Shown in pieces: positions 28,480 to 38,131 of a DNA stretch of 64,000 nucleotides (its first letter is position 1; the number at the start of each line of letters is the position of its first letter). The stretch spans positions 1-64,000 of the IMG/VR virus record IMGVR_UViG_3300015360_000036, one strand, 5' to 3'. A program made the translations under genes and the position numbers. The notes beneath the pieces were generated by a model. It saw nothing but the letters and a program-made list of their open reading frames with translations. It was not told the origin of the DNA and did no database searches. Source of the DNA: a virus.

Positions 28480-29145
28480 ATGACTAATAATGGTGTTGGC
28501 ACAATAGCTAATGTAAGAAAAAAGTTTCATTCTACACATGAATTGATAACAACTTCATATCATGAAGCTGGTCATGCTGTGTACGGTTTACTCAAATGCA
28601 TGAAAATCGAAGAGGTTTCTGTATTTGAAAATAAGAAAACCAAAAGAATTGAGGGTTTTACTTACTATAAATCACCAACACCAGAACAGTTTATTGATCC
28701 AGATTTGACTTATTATTGGTTAATAGCTGAAATAAGTTGCAAATATGCAGGATTAGGTGCCGAAAAGTATCATTTTAAGAGTATTTCAGGATCTGATAAA
28801 TTCCCGATGTTCTTGAGAGATGGATCTTCTAGTGATACTTTGTCTGCCGCGGCGATGATAAGACAATTCAATTTATCACCACCAGGCAGGAAAACTTATA
28901 ATTATAAGAAATTGCTTATAAAAAATACTTGCCGTAACTTGCAAGAACATTGGGATGCTGTTACACTAGTATCCCACGCATTATTTAAAAAGAAAAGATT
29001 AGATTATGAGGAGATTAAAAATCTCCTTATTAAAAAATCTAGTCATAAACAATTTTGGAAAGAAAGATTCCAAATAATTTCAACTATTTATGGATTGCCT
29101 TCAACGATTGATGAAGCTGAACTAAAGCTGATTTTATTTATTTGA
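28480..29145 (+). CDS. stand-alone M41 (FtsH protease domain)-like metallopeptidase
   Basis: TSYHEAGHAV, AGLGAE, GSSSD, and an L..HW.AV..V..AL...L..EEI tail. Confidence 0.75.
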   Translation: MTNNGVGTIANVRKKFHSTHELITTSYHEAGHAVYGLLKCMKIEEVSVFENKKTKRIEGFTYYKSPTPEQFIDPDLTYYWLIAEISCKYAGLGAEKYHFKSISGSDKFPMFLRDGSSSDTLSAAAMIRQFNLSPPGRKTYNYKKLLIKNTCRNLQEHWDAVTLVSHALFKKKRLDYEEIKNLLIKKSSHKQFWKERFQIISTIYGLPSTIDEAELKLILFI

Positions 29146-29248
29146 AATTATTCCCTGACAATCATACGTGCCCCATTTTTATGGGGCATAGTGCTTTGTG
29201 CATAAGCCCGATATGATTTTGTTACAATACTAACCCTAAGGACATAAC

Positions 29249-32200
29249 ATGACTGATTACGTTTCTTTACATAACCAAACCGATTTTTCCATTCTCGATT
29301 CAACAATTTCAGTCAAATCACTTTTTAAACGTGCAAAAGAGTTAAACCAAAAAGCTGTAGCTATTACCGATCATGGCACGTTTGCGGCTGCTTGGGATGC
29401 CCTAAAGGCATCAAGAGAAACTGGTGTTAAACTCATAATGGGTTGCGAATTCTATTTCAGGAATGATTGCAAAAACGAAGATGAGAGATTTAAGCATATA
29501 ATCCTATTAGCTAAAAATGCTGTTGGATATAGAAATATTCTAACCTTAAACAAAAAAGGTTATGACCAAAATCTATTTGTAGGTAAGAGAATATATTCAG
29601 TAATTGATTGGAAATTACTAGAACAACACTCTGAGGGTGTAATTTGTTTAACGGCTTGTGGTAATGGTATTCTTTCCCAGCCACTTATGAAAGGCAATGT
29701 AGATGAAGTTGAAGCTTCATTGCTAAAGTTAAAGAAGCTATTTGGTGAGAATCTAGGAATAGAGGTTCAGCCAAACAACATGAAGAGGGGATCTTCTGTA
29801 TTTAATGATGAAATTGATCAGCAATTTCTCAATAAAAGACTTATTGAGTTAGGTAAAAAGCATGATGTAAAAGTCGTTGCTGCTAACAATGCTCATTATA
29901 CTACGAAAGAAGAGCATGATACTCATAACGTATTACTAGCAATTGGCTCACATCAACCAGTACATTCAAATTATAGATTAAGATATCCTGTGCCTGATTT
30001 CTATATGAAGTCAGGTGATGAGGTTAAAGCATTTTTCTCTAGAAATTATGGGGAAGAATTCGCAGAAACTGTTTGTGCTAACTCTATTATTTTTGCTGAT
30101 ATGTGCGAAATACCAGATTGGATTGATCCGAAGTTTTCAAATCCTTCAGGTAAAGAGCTTCCAATCTTTCCAGTTAAAGATGAGCATGACTATGATACAT
30201 TTGTTATCTGGGCTTCCAAACAGTCAGATGATGTAAGAAAATTGGAGGATGATAAACTTTTCCTTCGCTACAGTTGCGAAAAGAAGTTTGCAAGTAGAGT
30301 AAAGAATCTCAGTGAAACACAGTTAATGGAATACAATGCTAGAATTGCTGAAGAACTAGATGTTTTAGAGTTCCATGGATTTTCTAGCTACATGTTAATT
30401 GTAGCTGATTATATTGATTGGGCTAGAAAGAATGACATTGCCGTTGGTGATGGTCGTGGTTCTGTTGGTGGCTCACTTATAGCTTATCTATTGGGAATCC
30501 ATCAAGCTGATCCAATTAAATACAATTTAATTTTTGCACGTTTCCATAATAAGGAAAAATCAAGCTTTCCAGATATTGATACTGACTTTGCGCCATCAGG
30601 TAGAGAGAAAGTACAAAATTATCTACGTCAAAAATATGGTGCTGATCATGTCGCCCACGTTTCTAACGTTAATACAATCACGCCTAAGGTCTATGTAAGG
30701 GATATTGCCCGTGCTTGTGAACTAGGCGGATCACGAGAAGAAGCTATTAGAATCGGTACTGACGTTGCTGATTGCATTCCTGCTGATATTCATTCCATTG
30801 AGGATGCCCTTAATAAGGTACCCCTATTCTCTGAGTATTGCAAAAAGTACCCAGAGTTTATTAAGTATTCAGCTATCTGTGGTAAGTACAGGGCATGGTC
30901 AACTCATGCTGGTGGTATCATCATATCTGCAAGACCTCTTACAGGGCTTGTGCCACTTAGGAATGATAAGGATGGTTCTTTAGCTATTGAGTACGATAAG
31001 GATAAAGCTGAAGAGAATGGTTTGGTAAAAATGGATACTCTAGGGTTATCTACACTCGATGTCATTGGTCAAGCTATGAAATTGATTAAAGCTTCTGGTA
31101 AAGAAATGCCACCAGATGTTCTTGATTATGATCAGTATGATGAGGCTACGTACAATTTAGTATCTCAGGGCGACACTTTATGTGTATTCCAGTTTGGCAC
31201 TAGCAGTGGTACTATTGATCTTTGTAAGAGAATCAAACCTAAAACAATTGAAGACTTAGCAAACATCAATGCTCTTGCTCGACCATCAGCAAGGGACATG
31301 AGAAATGACTTCATTAACGTTCGTGATGGTAAGAAAGCAATGGCATTACTACATCCTAAACTTGATCGAGCATTCGGAAGAACGAATGGTTTAGGTTTAT
31401 ATGAAGAGTGTCTAATGTATCTTGCGCAAGATATTGCTGGTTGGAGCTTGCATTCAGCAGATCGGCTTAGAAAACTAACTAAAGAAAAAGGTAAGAATCC
31501 AAAGAAGGCGCAGCAATGGAGGTCTGAGTTCATTACAGATGCAGTTTCACAGCAAGTAAATGAAGAAATTGCTAAGCGTATTTGGGATGAAGTTGTTGAT
31601 AAGTTTCAGGGCTACGGTTTCAACGTCAGCCATGCTGTTTTGTATTCCATGATTGGTTTTAAGACTGCATACCTTAAAGCTCATTTTCCAATTGAGTTTA
31701 TGCTTGCGAATCTTATGTCAGAAATTGTTTCTAATACACCAGATTCTAAATCTAAGATTGATAAGATTAAGACTGAATTAAGGAGTAATAAGGTAAAGAT
31801 TCTGGCACCAGATATCAATACTTCACAGATCGCATATACAATTGTAGATGGTAATAAGTTAACTACTGGTCTAGATGCATTAAAGTTTGTTGGTGAAGAT
31901 GCTATTAAAGATATTTTAGAAAAGAGACCATTTAATAGCTTTGCTGATTTTATGTCTAGAGTCGATTCAAAAAAGGTTAGAGCGAATACTATTCAAGCAT
32001 TAGCTGCTAGTGGTTGTTTAGATTCTTTTAAGCTTCCAAGAAAATCAATGTTCCTATATTGTTCTGATTACAGGAAGAAACTTCAAGTATGGATGAAGAA
32101 GCATGATCCAAAGAAGGAAGAATTTGCTTATCCATGGTTGAATGATGGTGAGTGGAATGTAACTGAGTTATATGCATTGGAACAGTTTTATCTTGGAGAA

Positions 32201-32788
32201 TCATTTGTTTGTAAGCCTACTGATGCTTATGGCAAGTTTTTTAAGGATGAGCATATGACAACTAGAGATGTAAAAAAATCAAAAGATAAGACCAGGATTT
32301 CTCCAATGAAAGGTATTATTAAGGATTTCTTTGAATTCAAAGTCAAGAAGGAAACTTCTAAGTACTATGGTCAATCAATGGTAAAAGCGGTCATTGAGGA
32401 TAAATATGGTGACCAATGTTCTTTCACTATCTTCCCAGACAGGTGGAAAGTAGTGCAAGATCGTATCAAACAAGTAAATAGTAAAGCTACGTTCTCAGTA
32501 GGATTAGCTTTAAGTTTTGCTGGTAATACAAATAACTATGAGGATGATATGGGTATTATTCTTGAATATTTATTCGATCTTGCTATTCAGCCTGCATTGC
32601 CAGGTGATTTGAAGGCTAAGAAAATAAATATGAAAGAAGCTCGTACTAGATCAAATACAGAGCCAACAAATGTTGTTGTGACAAAGGATAGTGAAAAAGA
32701 TGCATTTTCTAGATTATTTGAAGAAATTGAAGATCAAATGTATGATGAAGGTTTAATCGATTTAGACGAAGACTTTCAAGAAAGATGA
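29249..32788 (+). CDS. dnaE: DNA polymerase III alpha subunit
   Basis: PHP domain (SLHNQTDFSILD, AITDHG), GRGSVGGSL, PDIDTDF, HAGG, KMDTLGL, YGFNVSHA. Confidence 0.97.
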   Translation: MTDYVSLHNQTDFSILDSTISVKSLFKRAKELNQKAVAITDHGTFAAAWDALKASRETGVKLIMGCEFYFRNDCKNEDERFKHIILLAKNAVGYRNILTLNKKGYDQNLFVGKRIYSVIDWKLLEQHSEGVICLTACGNGILSQPLMKGNVDEVEASLLKLKKLFGENLGIEVQPNNMKRGSSVFNDEIDQQFLNKRLIELGKKHDVKVVAANNAHYTTKEEHDTHNVLLAIGSHQPVHSNYRLRYPVPDFYMKSGDEVKAFFSRNYGEEFAETVCANSIIFADMCEIPDWIDPKFSNPSGKELPIFPVKDEHDYDTFVIWASKQSDDVRKLEDDKLFLRYSCEKKFASRVKNLSETQLMEYNARIAEELDVLEFHGFSSYMLIVADYIDWARKNDIAVGDGRGSVGGSLIAYLLGIHQADPIKYNLIFARFHNKEKSSFPDIDTDFAPSGREKVQNYLRQKYGADHVAHVSNVNTITPKVYVRDIARACELGGSREEAIRIGTDVADCIPADIHSIEDALNKVPLFSEYCKKYPEFIKYSAICGKYRAWSTHAGGIIISARPLTGLVPLRNDKDGSLAIEYDKDKAEENGLVKMDTLGLSTLDVIGQAMKLIKASGKEMPPDVLDYDQYDEATYNLVSQGDTLCVFQFGTSSGTIDLCKRIKPKTIEDLANINALARPSARDMRNDFINVRDGKKAMALLHPKLDRAFGRTNGLGLYEECLMYLAQDIAGWSLHSADRLRKLTKEKGKNPKKAQQWRSEFITDAVSQQVNEEIAKRIWDEVVDKFQGYGFNVSHAVLYSMIGFKTAYLKAHFPIEFMLANLMSEIVSNTPDSKSKIDKIKTELRSNKVKILAPDINTSQIAYTIVDGNKLTTGLDALKFVGEDAIKDILEKRPFNSFADFMSRVDSKKVRANTIQALAASGCLDSFKLPRKSMFLYCSDYRKKLQVWMKKHDPKKEEFAYPWLNDGEWNVTELYALEQFYLGESFVCKPTDAYGKFFKDEHMTTRDVKKSKDKTRISPMKGIIKDFFEFKVKKETSKYYGQSMVKAVIEDKYGDQCSFTIFPDRWKVVQDRIKQVNSKATFSVGLALSFAGNTNNYEDDMGIILEYLFDLAIQPALPGDLKAKKINMKEARTRSNTEPTNVVVTKDSEKDAFSRLFEEIEDQMYDEGLIDLDEDFQER

Positions 32789-32793
32789 TATAT

Positions 32794-32863
32794 ATGATAT
32801 CAACTGCTAATAGAATTAGTCTAGAAAATAGTTGATATCATCAAAATGATAGATTTGATATCA
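32794..32863. promoter_or_regulatory. operator-like cluster of TGATATCA palindromes
   Basis: TGATATCA at 32795, 32833 and 32856; the first two lie in a perfect 12-bp inverted repeat. Confidence 0.5.
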
Positions 32864-32891
32864 GATGTATATGCATAAAGAGAGATAAATC

Positions 32892-33731
32892 ATGAAGCTT
32901 AGAGAATGGGCTGAAAAAACTGGTGTAAAGTACTTAACTGCTTATAGGTGGTTTAAGGCTGGTACACTTCCAGTTAAATCTTATCAAACTGAATCTGGGA
33001 CAATCATAGTAGATGACCCAGAGTTGTCGGAGCAGCAAATGGCAAGTAATGCAAATAGTATACAAAATGATGTTATGTCTATCTTTTTGAAAAAGATGGT
33101 AGAGTTCAGTAAAATTAATGCATCGGTAGAAGACTTTGCCGCATACATTATTTCAAATTTCGTTTTGAAACTGCCCTCTACACCTGAAACGGGACCAAAA
33201 TACTCTAGGAACAAACCTAAAGCAGAAGAGGTCCAGAAGTATTTTCAGCAATTCCTTAAAAAAGGTGATAAACCAGTACCACATATTGCAGTAGGTGATA
33301 TCGATACAATTGATGATTTGGTAGCAAAAGCAGATACGTTATCAACTAAAGAGTTGGTAAGTGAGATCTCTAAAATTGGTGAAATTAAAAATGATGCACC
33401 TGATGTAGCAGAGCTTCAAAAAATAGTTGATGCATTTAAAGGTTTACAAATAACTAAAGTAAAAACTTATGACAAGGTTTACGGCGGGGTAATCGCTAGA
33501 AGTATACACGATTCAACTCCACAAACCTATACCGACTTCTCAGATGATGAAGCCGCTGTAAGCCTTGGTCAAGAATTATCGGAACCAGAACCAATCTTAG
33601 TAAGATCGGTTTCAGCCGTAGGCGCAACGGGCGCATTCAAGCCCACAAAGAAAGAATTAGAATCAGCCTCTAAAGCAATAAAATCTGCTGGCGCCAATAA
33701 GAAGACCATCAAGTCATCAAGGAAGAAATAA
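32892..33731 (+). CDS. IS607-TnpA-like (MerR/excisionase) HTH fused to an unknown region
   Basis: MKLREWAEKTGVKYLTAYRWFKAGTLPV...SGTIIV; no serine-recombinase motif follows. Confidence 0.75.
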   Translation: MKLREWAEKTGVKYLTAYRWFKAGTLPVKSYQTESGTIIVDDPELSEQQMASNANSIQNDVMSIFLKKMVEFSKINASVEDFAAYIISNFVLKLPSTPETGPKYSRNKPKAEEVQKYFQQFLKKGDKPVPHIAVGDIDTIDDLVAKADTLSTKELVSEISKIGEIKNDAPDVAELQKIVDAFKGLQITKVKTYDKVYGGVIARSIHDSTPQTYTDFSDDEAAVSLGQELSEPEPILVRSVSAVGATGAFKPTKKELESASKAIKSAGANKKTIKSSRKK

Positions 33732-34369
33732 TGAAAATTCTAAATAAAACACATCTTGTAAAAGTATTGGCTTATTTCCCAGAGGTACAAGAAAAGATAA
33801 ATAAGACAACTATTGCTGGCGCGGCATTTGTAACTACAAATTTATCAAAAGTATTAAAAGCAGTTGTAGTACTTAATGGTCTTGATCCTGCTCGAAGCCA
33901 AAGAGATAGATTATTCGAAAGTATGAGTTTATGTTTCGCAACAGTGCATGATGGTGATTATGATAAAAATTATAACCCTAATTTCTGGAGTAATAAAAAA
34001 TTTCAAGAAGCAAAAGTTGTTAATCAAGAATTGACAGCTAAACAATTTGTTAGTGCAACTGATTTATCAGATTTAACAGACCCACCAGCATTACCTGTAT
34101 CTGAAGAAGTTTCAGAACAATTATTATTGTTTACTGATGCAGTAGATGTTATAGAGCAATCAGAGTTAAAGGTAGCTATTGGGGTTAATGCTGGTACTTT
34201 GGTTGAAGATAAGTTAATGAGAAATCTTGAAGAATTAATAAAAACTACAGATGATCCACACTTTAAAGATCAATTGAATCGTCAATATACTCATCAGGAA
34301 AATGGATTAAATGCTCCAACAAGAAATTTTGCTGAAATTGCTCGTGTTCGTAGAACATCCTTAGCTTAA
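33731..34369 (+). CDS. hypothetical protein
   Basis: coupled ORF. Confidence 0.6.
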   Translation: MKILNKTHLVKVLAYFPEVQEKINKTTIAGAAFVTTNLSKVLKAVVVLNGLDPARSQRDRLFESMSLCFATVHDGDYDKNYNPNFWSNKKFQEAKVVNQELTAKQFVSATDLSDLTDPPALPVSEEVSEQLLLFTDAVDVIEQSELKVAIGVNAGTLVEDKLMRNLEELIKTTDDPHFKDQLNRQYTHQENGLNAPTRNFAEIARVRRTSLA

Positions 34370-34385
34370 TATAAAGGAAATCAAT

Positions 34386-35219
34386 ATGAAATGTATGTCT
34401 TGTGAAGCATCAATTAATCCAAAATGGAAACATGCTATAGATAATAACACCTGTCCTTGCTGCGGTCTTTTCATCATGGAAGAGGAATTGAAGGAATTAT
34501 TATTGTCATTAGGTGAAACCATAAATGATCTAAGTAAATATCAAGAGCAAGTAGATGATTGGTTACTATCAAACCATAACTATATTAAAACTGATTCACC
34601 CAATCTTGTAAATTATATTCCTCAAGATATTATGGATCAAGTAAAAGAAGACGCTAAAGAAGCGGCTATGAATGCTATTAAAGTTATAAAAAATAAAGAT
34701 TTTGCTGAAAGAAAAGCTTCAGGCGGGAAATACACTGTTAAGGTAGAGACTGAGAATGGTGAGCAAGATGTTGAAGTTGAAAAAATCCAAGATGAAGATA
34801 CAACAAATGACTTCTTCAAAAGAGCAGAAGCAGTAAAACCAAATATTGATGGATTTAAAGATCCAGCAGATAAGACAAAGAAGTTAAAAAATCTAGTCCA
34901 ACAAATCAAGAAAAATGGAACTGGCGGAATGGCTGGTGGTGGAAGCGCTATGTCAGAATATGCTGATCCAGAAGCTGTAGCTGAAATGGAAGGCTTCATT
35001 AGTGGTGGTGGAGAGATTAGCTCTGCATTATCATCTGATGGTGGTGACGATGACGCTATTCCATCCATTGTATTATCAATGGCAAATAAAGCTAGAGGTA
35101 ATGGAAATACAAGTGAAGCCAATGCTAGGGACTTACAAAAGCTAGAAGCTTTGCAAAGTAGAACTGCTTCAGCTAGAAGTAATAGTTTGAGCGGCAAAGG
35201 AGCATTTTCTAGATCATGA
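34386..35219 (+). CDS. hypothetical protein with N-terminal Zn ribbon
   Basis: MKCMSC...CPCC; AAGGA RBS. Confidence 0.65.
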   Translation: MKCMSCEASINPKWKHAIDNNTCPCCGLFIMEEELKELLLSLGETINDLSKYQEQVDDWLLSNHNYIKTDSPNLVNYIPQDIMDQVKEDAKEAAMNAIKVIKNKDFAERKASGGKYTVKVETENGEQDVEVEKIQDEDTTNDFFKRAEAVKPNIDGFKDPADKTKKLKNLVQQIKKNGTGGMAGGGSAMSEYADPEAVAEMEGFISGGGEISSALSSDGGDDDAIPSIVLSMANKARGNGNTSEANARDLQKLEALQSRTASARSNSLSGKGAFSRS

Positions 35220-35521
35220 GTATGAGAATAATTGACAACAAAAAAATAGATTTAACGGATGATGAGTGGACAATGTACGAAAATATTGTCAAGTCATATA
35301 CCACTGCGACGAACAAGGGCGAGGATCTATTTATCGATTTATTTGAAACTGGACCAGATGGAATTATTGTTTATCTGAAACCACCATCTAAGTTTAGAAC
35401 TAGTTTCGAAGTGTTCTTGTATCTAATGAGCATTATGCAGCACCAACATCTTCGGCAAATGTATAAGAAGGTTGATGATGTTTGTGCGCAAATGAAACAA
35501 AAAATTGATAGTATAAAATAA
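35216..35521 (+). CDS. hypothetical protein
   Basis: coupled ORF. Confidence 0.6.
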   Translation: MSMRIIDNKKIDLTDDEWTMYENIVKSYTTATNKGEDLFIDLFETGPDGIIVYLKPPSKFRTSFEVFLYLMSIMQHQHLRQMYKKVDDVCAQMKQKIDSIK

Positions 35522-35574
35522 CATCATTTGTCGAGAAAAAGTTCGAAACATTACATATTTAAGGGAAGTCGATT

Positions 35575-36093
35575 ATGGAAAAGAAAGTTGTAACGCTTGC
35601 CGATATAGTTGGTGACGACTTAGAAGAAGAATTCTCTAAGTTCGATCTAACTGAAATTCAAGCAGTACTTATAAGATTATCAGATGTTGATGCAATTGAT
35701 ATTGCACATGCCGAATTACTACAGCAACAAGCATTAAGAGGAGCAGATATTCTATGTGGGTATCTTGGTAAAATAGTAAAAACAGTTGGTTACCTTGAGG
35801 CTAGAGTTAATAGCACAAAGAATAAAGCATCTTTGGATTATCAAGCTCCTGAAGGAAAAACAACTGCTGATATGAAAAAATGGGCTGGAGAGTCTTCATC
35901 AGTCGTTGAAGACATTCAAATTAAGCTTGCAAAAGCCAAAGGCAGTAAATTAGTTTTAGAGAAAAAGTATGATATTTTAATAAAGAGTCATCATCATTAT
36001 AAAGATATTGCCGCAGGCTTACGTAAGACAATCCTTGGATATAGTCCTGGTGCTGGTGTCCCCAGCGAAAAAGTGCCGGAGGGTTATGAGTGA
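35575..36093 (+). CDS. helical protein, possible UvsY-like recombination mediator
   Basis: size, helical pattern (GKTTADMKKWA) and position just upstream of recA; function is inference. Confidence 0.35.
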   Translation: MEKKVVTLADIVGDDLEEEFSKFDLTEIQAVLIRLSDVDAIDIAHAELLQQQALRGADILCGYLGKIVKTVGYLEARVNSTKNKASLDYQAPEGKTTADMKKWAGESSSVVEDIQIKLAKAKGSKLVLEKKYDILIKSHHHYKDIAAGLRKTILGYSPGAGVPSEKVPEGYE

Positions 36094-36208
36094 TTAAAAG
36101 AATCATAACTCCTGGCTAGATAATTAAATATAGTCGAATATGAAAAAATTGCCCATTAGATATAGCAGATATGCAAACACGGGCGAAACAAATATAGGGA
36201 GTTATGAT
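36075..36208 (+). promoter_or_regulatory. structured recA leader with anti-SD and competing helix
   Basis: 36102-36112 is the perfect complement of 36198-36208 (SD plus AUG); 36075-36089 can alternatively pair with 36103-36116. Confidence 0.6.
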
Positions 36209-37400
36209 GTCAAGTAAATTAGAATCATTTTTCAAAAGCTTTGCAGAGGCAGATGCACAATTAGATTTCAAAATGGCACATGAGACCGTAGGTGAGAAAG
36301 TCCCTGTAATTTCTACAGGGTCACTTGCTCTAGACGATGTACTATCATGTGGCGGTCTACCAAAAGGTAGAATAATTCAATACTACGGACCACCAGGCAG
36401 CGGTAAGACTCTTATGGCAATGATTGCTATGTTAGAGGCACAACAGCAAGATCCAAACTCACAACAAGTCTTCATTGATGCTGAGGGAACATTTGATCCT
36501 ACTTGGGCAGAGATTCTTGGATTGGATACATCAAGAGTTATTTTAGTTGAAGGTGATACCGCAGTTAATGGTCGTAAATGTTTCGAAATGCTTTTAGGTG
36601 AACCAAAGGAAGATGCAAAGACACATATCTTAAAAGGTAAGTCAAAAGAAGGCTTATTAGATAAGATTATGAATAAAGACTTCAATATCAACATGATTGT
36701 ATTAGATTCTTTGGGATCAATTATCCCACCCGGAGAAGATACATCAAAAGTTGGTAAGATGAACATGTCATTATTAGCTAGATTTTTAACAACCACTTTC
36801 AGAAAATTGTCTTTAGAGGTAAATAAGGCAGATGTAGTATTCATTGTTATCAATCATAAACGCGATAACATGGACCCATACGGAGCAGATCATACATTCT
36901 CTGGTGGTAATACATATGCACATACACTTAGCGCCAACGTATACTTCGAAGCTATTCAGAGGAAAGACGCTCGTATCGTAGACGAAAAAGAAAATAAGGT
37001 TGGTCATCCATTAAAAGGAACTATTGAAAAATCTAAGTTTGGACCTTGGCCAAGAGCCTGTGAGTTTAAAGTAAACTTTTCAATTGGAGTTATCGATAAG
37101 CATGAGGAAATTGCTCAACTAGCTTTAGATTATAATGTAGTAGTTAAAACAAGTAGCGTTTCACATGAATATGGTGAAAGGAAGTGGGTAGGTTTCCCTA
37201 AGTATTCAGAGGCTATTAAAGATGACCCAATTTTAGCTAGTGAATTGATTTTAAAAGTCAATGAAGCTCGCGAAGCTAAGTTAGAGACTAAGAGGGCTGA
37301 ACAAGCAGCTAAGAGAAAGAAATCTATGGCTGATGCCCCTATAAAAGCAGATGATAATGATTCAGATGAATCTGTTAAGAAAGTAAAGAAGGTTAAGTAA
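36204..37400 (+). CDS. recA: RecA recombinase
   Basis: ISTGSLALD, GGLPKGRIIQYYGPPGSGKT, FIDAE, IVLDS, KSK. Confidence 0.95.
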   Translation: MMSSKLESFFKSFAEADAQLDFKMAHETVGEKVPVISTGSLALDDVLSCGGLPKGRIIQYYGPPGSGKTLMAMIAMLEAQQQDPNSQQVFIDAEGTFDPTWAEILGLDTSRVILVEGDTAVNGRKCFEMLLGEPKEDAKTHILKGKSKEGLLDKIMNKDFNINMIVLDSLGSIIPPGEDTSKVGKMNMSLLARFLTTTFRKLSLEVNKADVVFIVINHKRDNMDPYGADHTFSGGNTYAHTLSANVYFEAIQRKDARIVDEKENKVGHPLKGTIEKSKFGPWPRACEFKVNFSIGVIDKHEEIAQLALDYNVVVKTSSVSHEYGERKWVGFPKYSEAIKDDPILASELILKVNEAREAKLETKRAEQAAKRKKSMADAPIKADDNDSDESVKKVKKVK

Positions 37401-37720
37401 TGTCTAATGATGTTGGAGTAGGAATAACTACAAACGTACCTAATGGTTCAAGGATATCACCAAAACCTAATTACTTAATCAGAGTACAAGATACTGTGGG
37501 TAAAGCCAAGGTAGTTAGAAATTTTGTAACTTTAGATAAACCGGAACTTTTGGTCGGATTTGTTTCGGTTAGAGGATTTTTTACAGAATTGTCGGAGGAA
37601 GAAATATCAAGCAAAATTACCGAGGTCTTGACAACGACGAAAAAAGACTTATTAATAGAAGTGATGTTCGCATCACATGCAATATTGAGTATGAGAAGCC
37701 TAGTTTATAAGGCAAAATAA
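37400..37720 (+). CDS. hypothetical protein
   Basis: coupled ORF. Confidence 0.55.
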   Translation: MSNDVGVGITTNVPNGSRISPKPNYLIRVQDTVGKAKVVRNFVTLDKPELLVGFVSVRGFFTELSEEEISSKITEVLTTTKKDLLIEVMFASHAILSMRSLVYKAK

Positions 37721-37751
37721 CCGAATAAATTGATAAAGAAAGACTAATAAA

Positions 37752-38051
37752 ATGACATCTAATAGTAATATAAATAACACTGACAATACCGTTCTAAATG
37801 GAGCATTGTTGGTTATATCAAAAGCAAAAGATGGTATCTGGAACGGCACGATGACTGACTTGAACTCAGCAATGAGAAAAGTAGTTATTGGTAAGAAAGG
37901 TGATATAAGTGGAATGCCACGCTCACCCAGCTCTTTGAGAGTTGTTCTGAATAGAATCATAAATAGATTACGAAGTAGGGGTGTTAGTGTTAAGTTTGGT
38001 AGAACAACAGATGCAACACGTACCCGTCACGTAGAATTTGTAATGAGATAA
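37752..38051 (+). CDS. small basic winged-helix-like protein
   Basis: WNGTMTDL...PRSPSSLRVVLNRI...LRSRGVSV. Confidence 0.5.
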   Translation: MTSNSNINNTDNTVLNGALLVISKAKDGIWNGTMTDLNSAMRKVVIGKKGDISGMPRSPSSLRVVLNRIINRLRSRGVSVKFGRTTDATRTRHVEFVMR

Positions 38052-38131
38052 TCATTGCAGAGTTACAGTCCGATTATGTTAAATAGAACGTACATTTGTA
38101 CAATAGATAAAACAACAGTAGGAGATAAAAT

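Noticed and set aside
32892-33731. Active IS607 element
   Set aside because: No serine-recombinase catalytic domain and no tnpB
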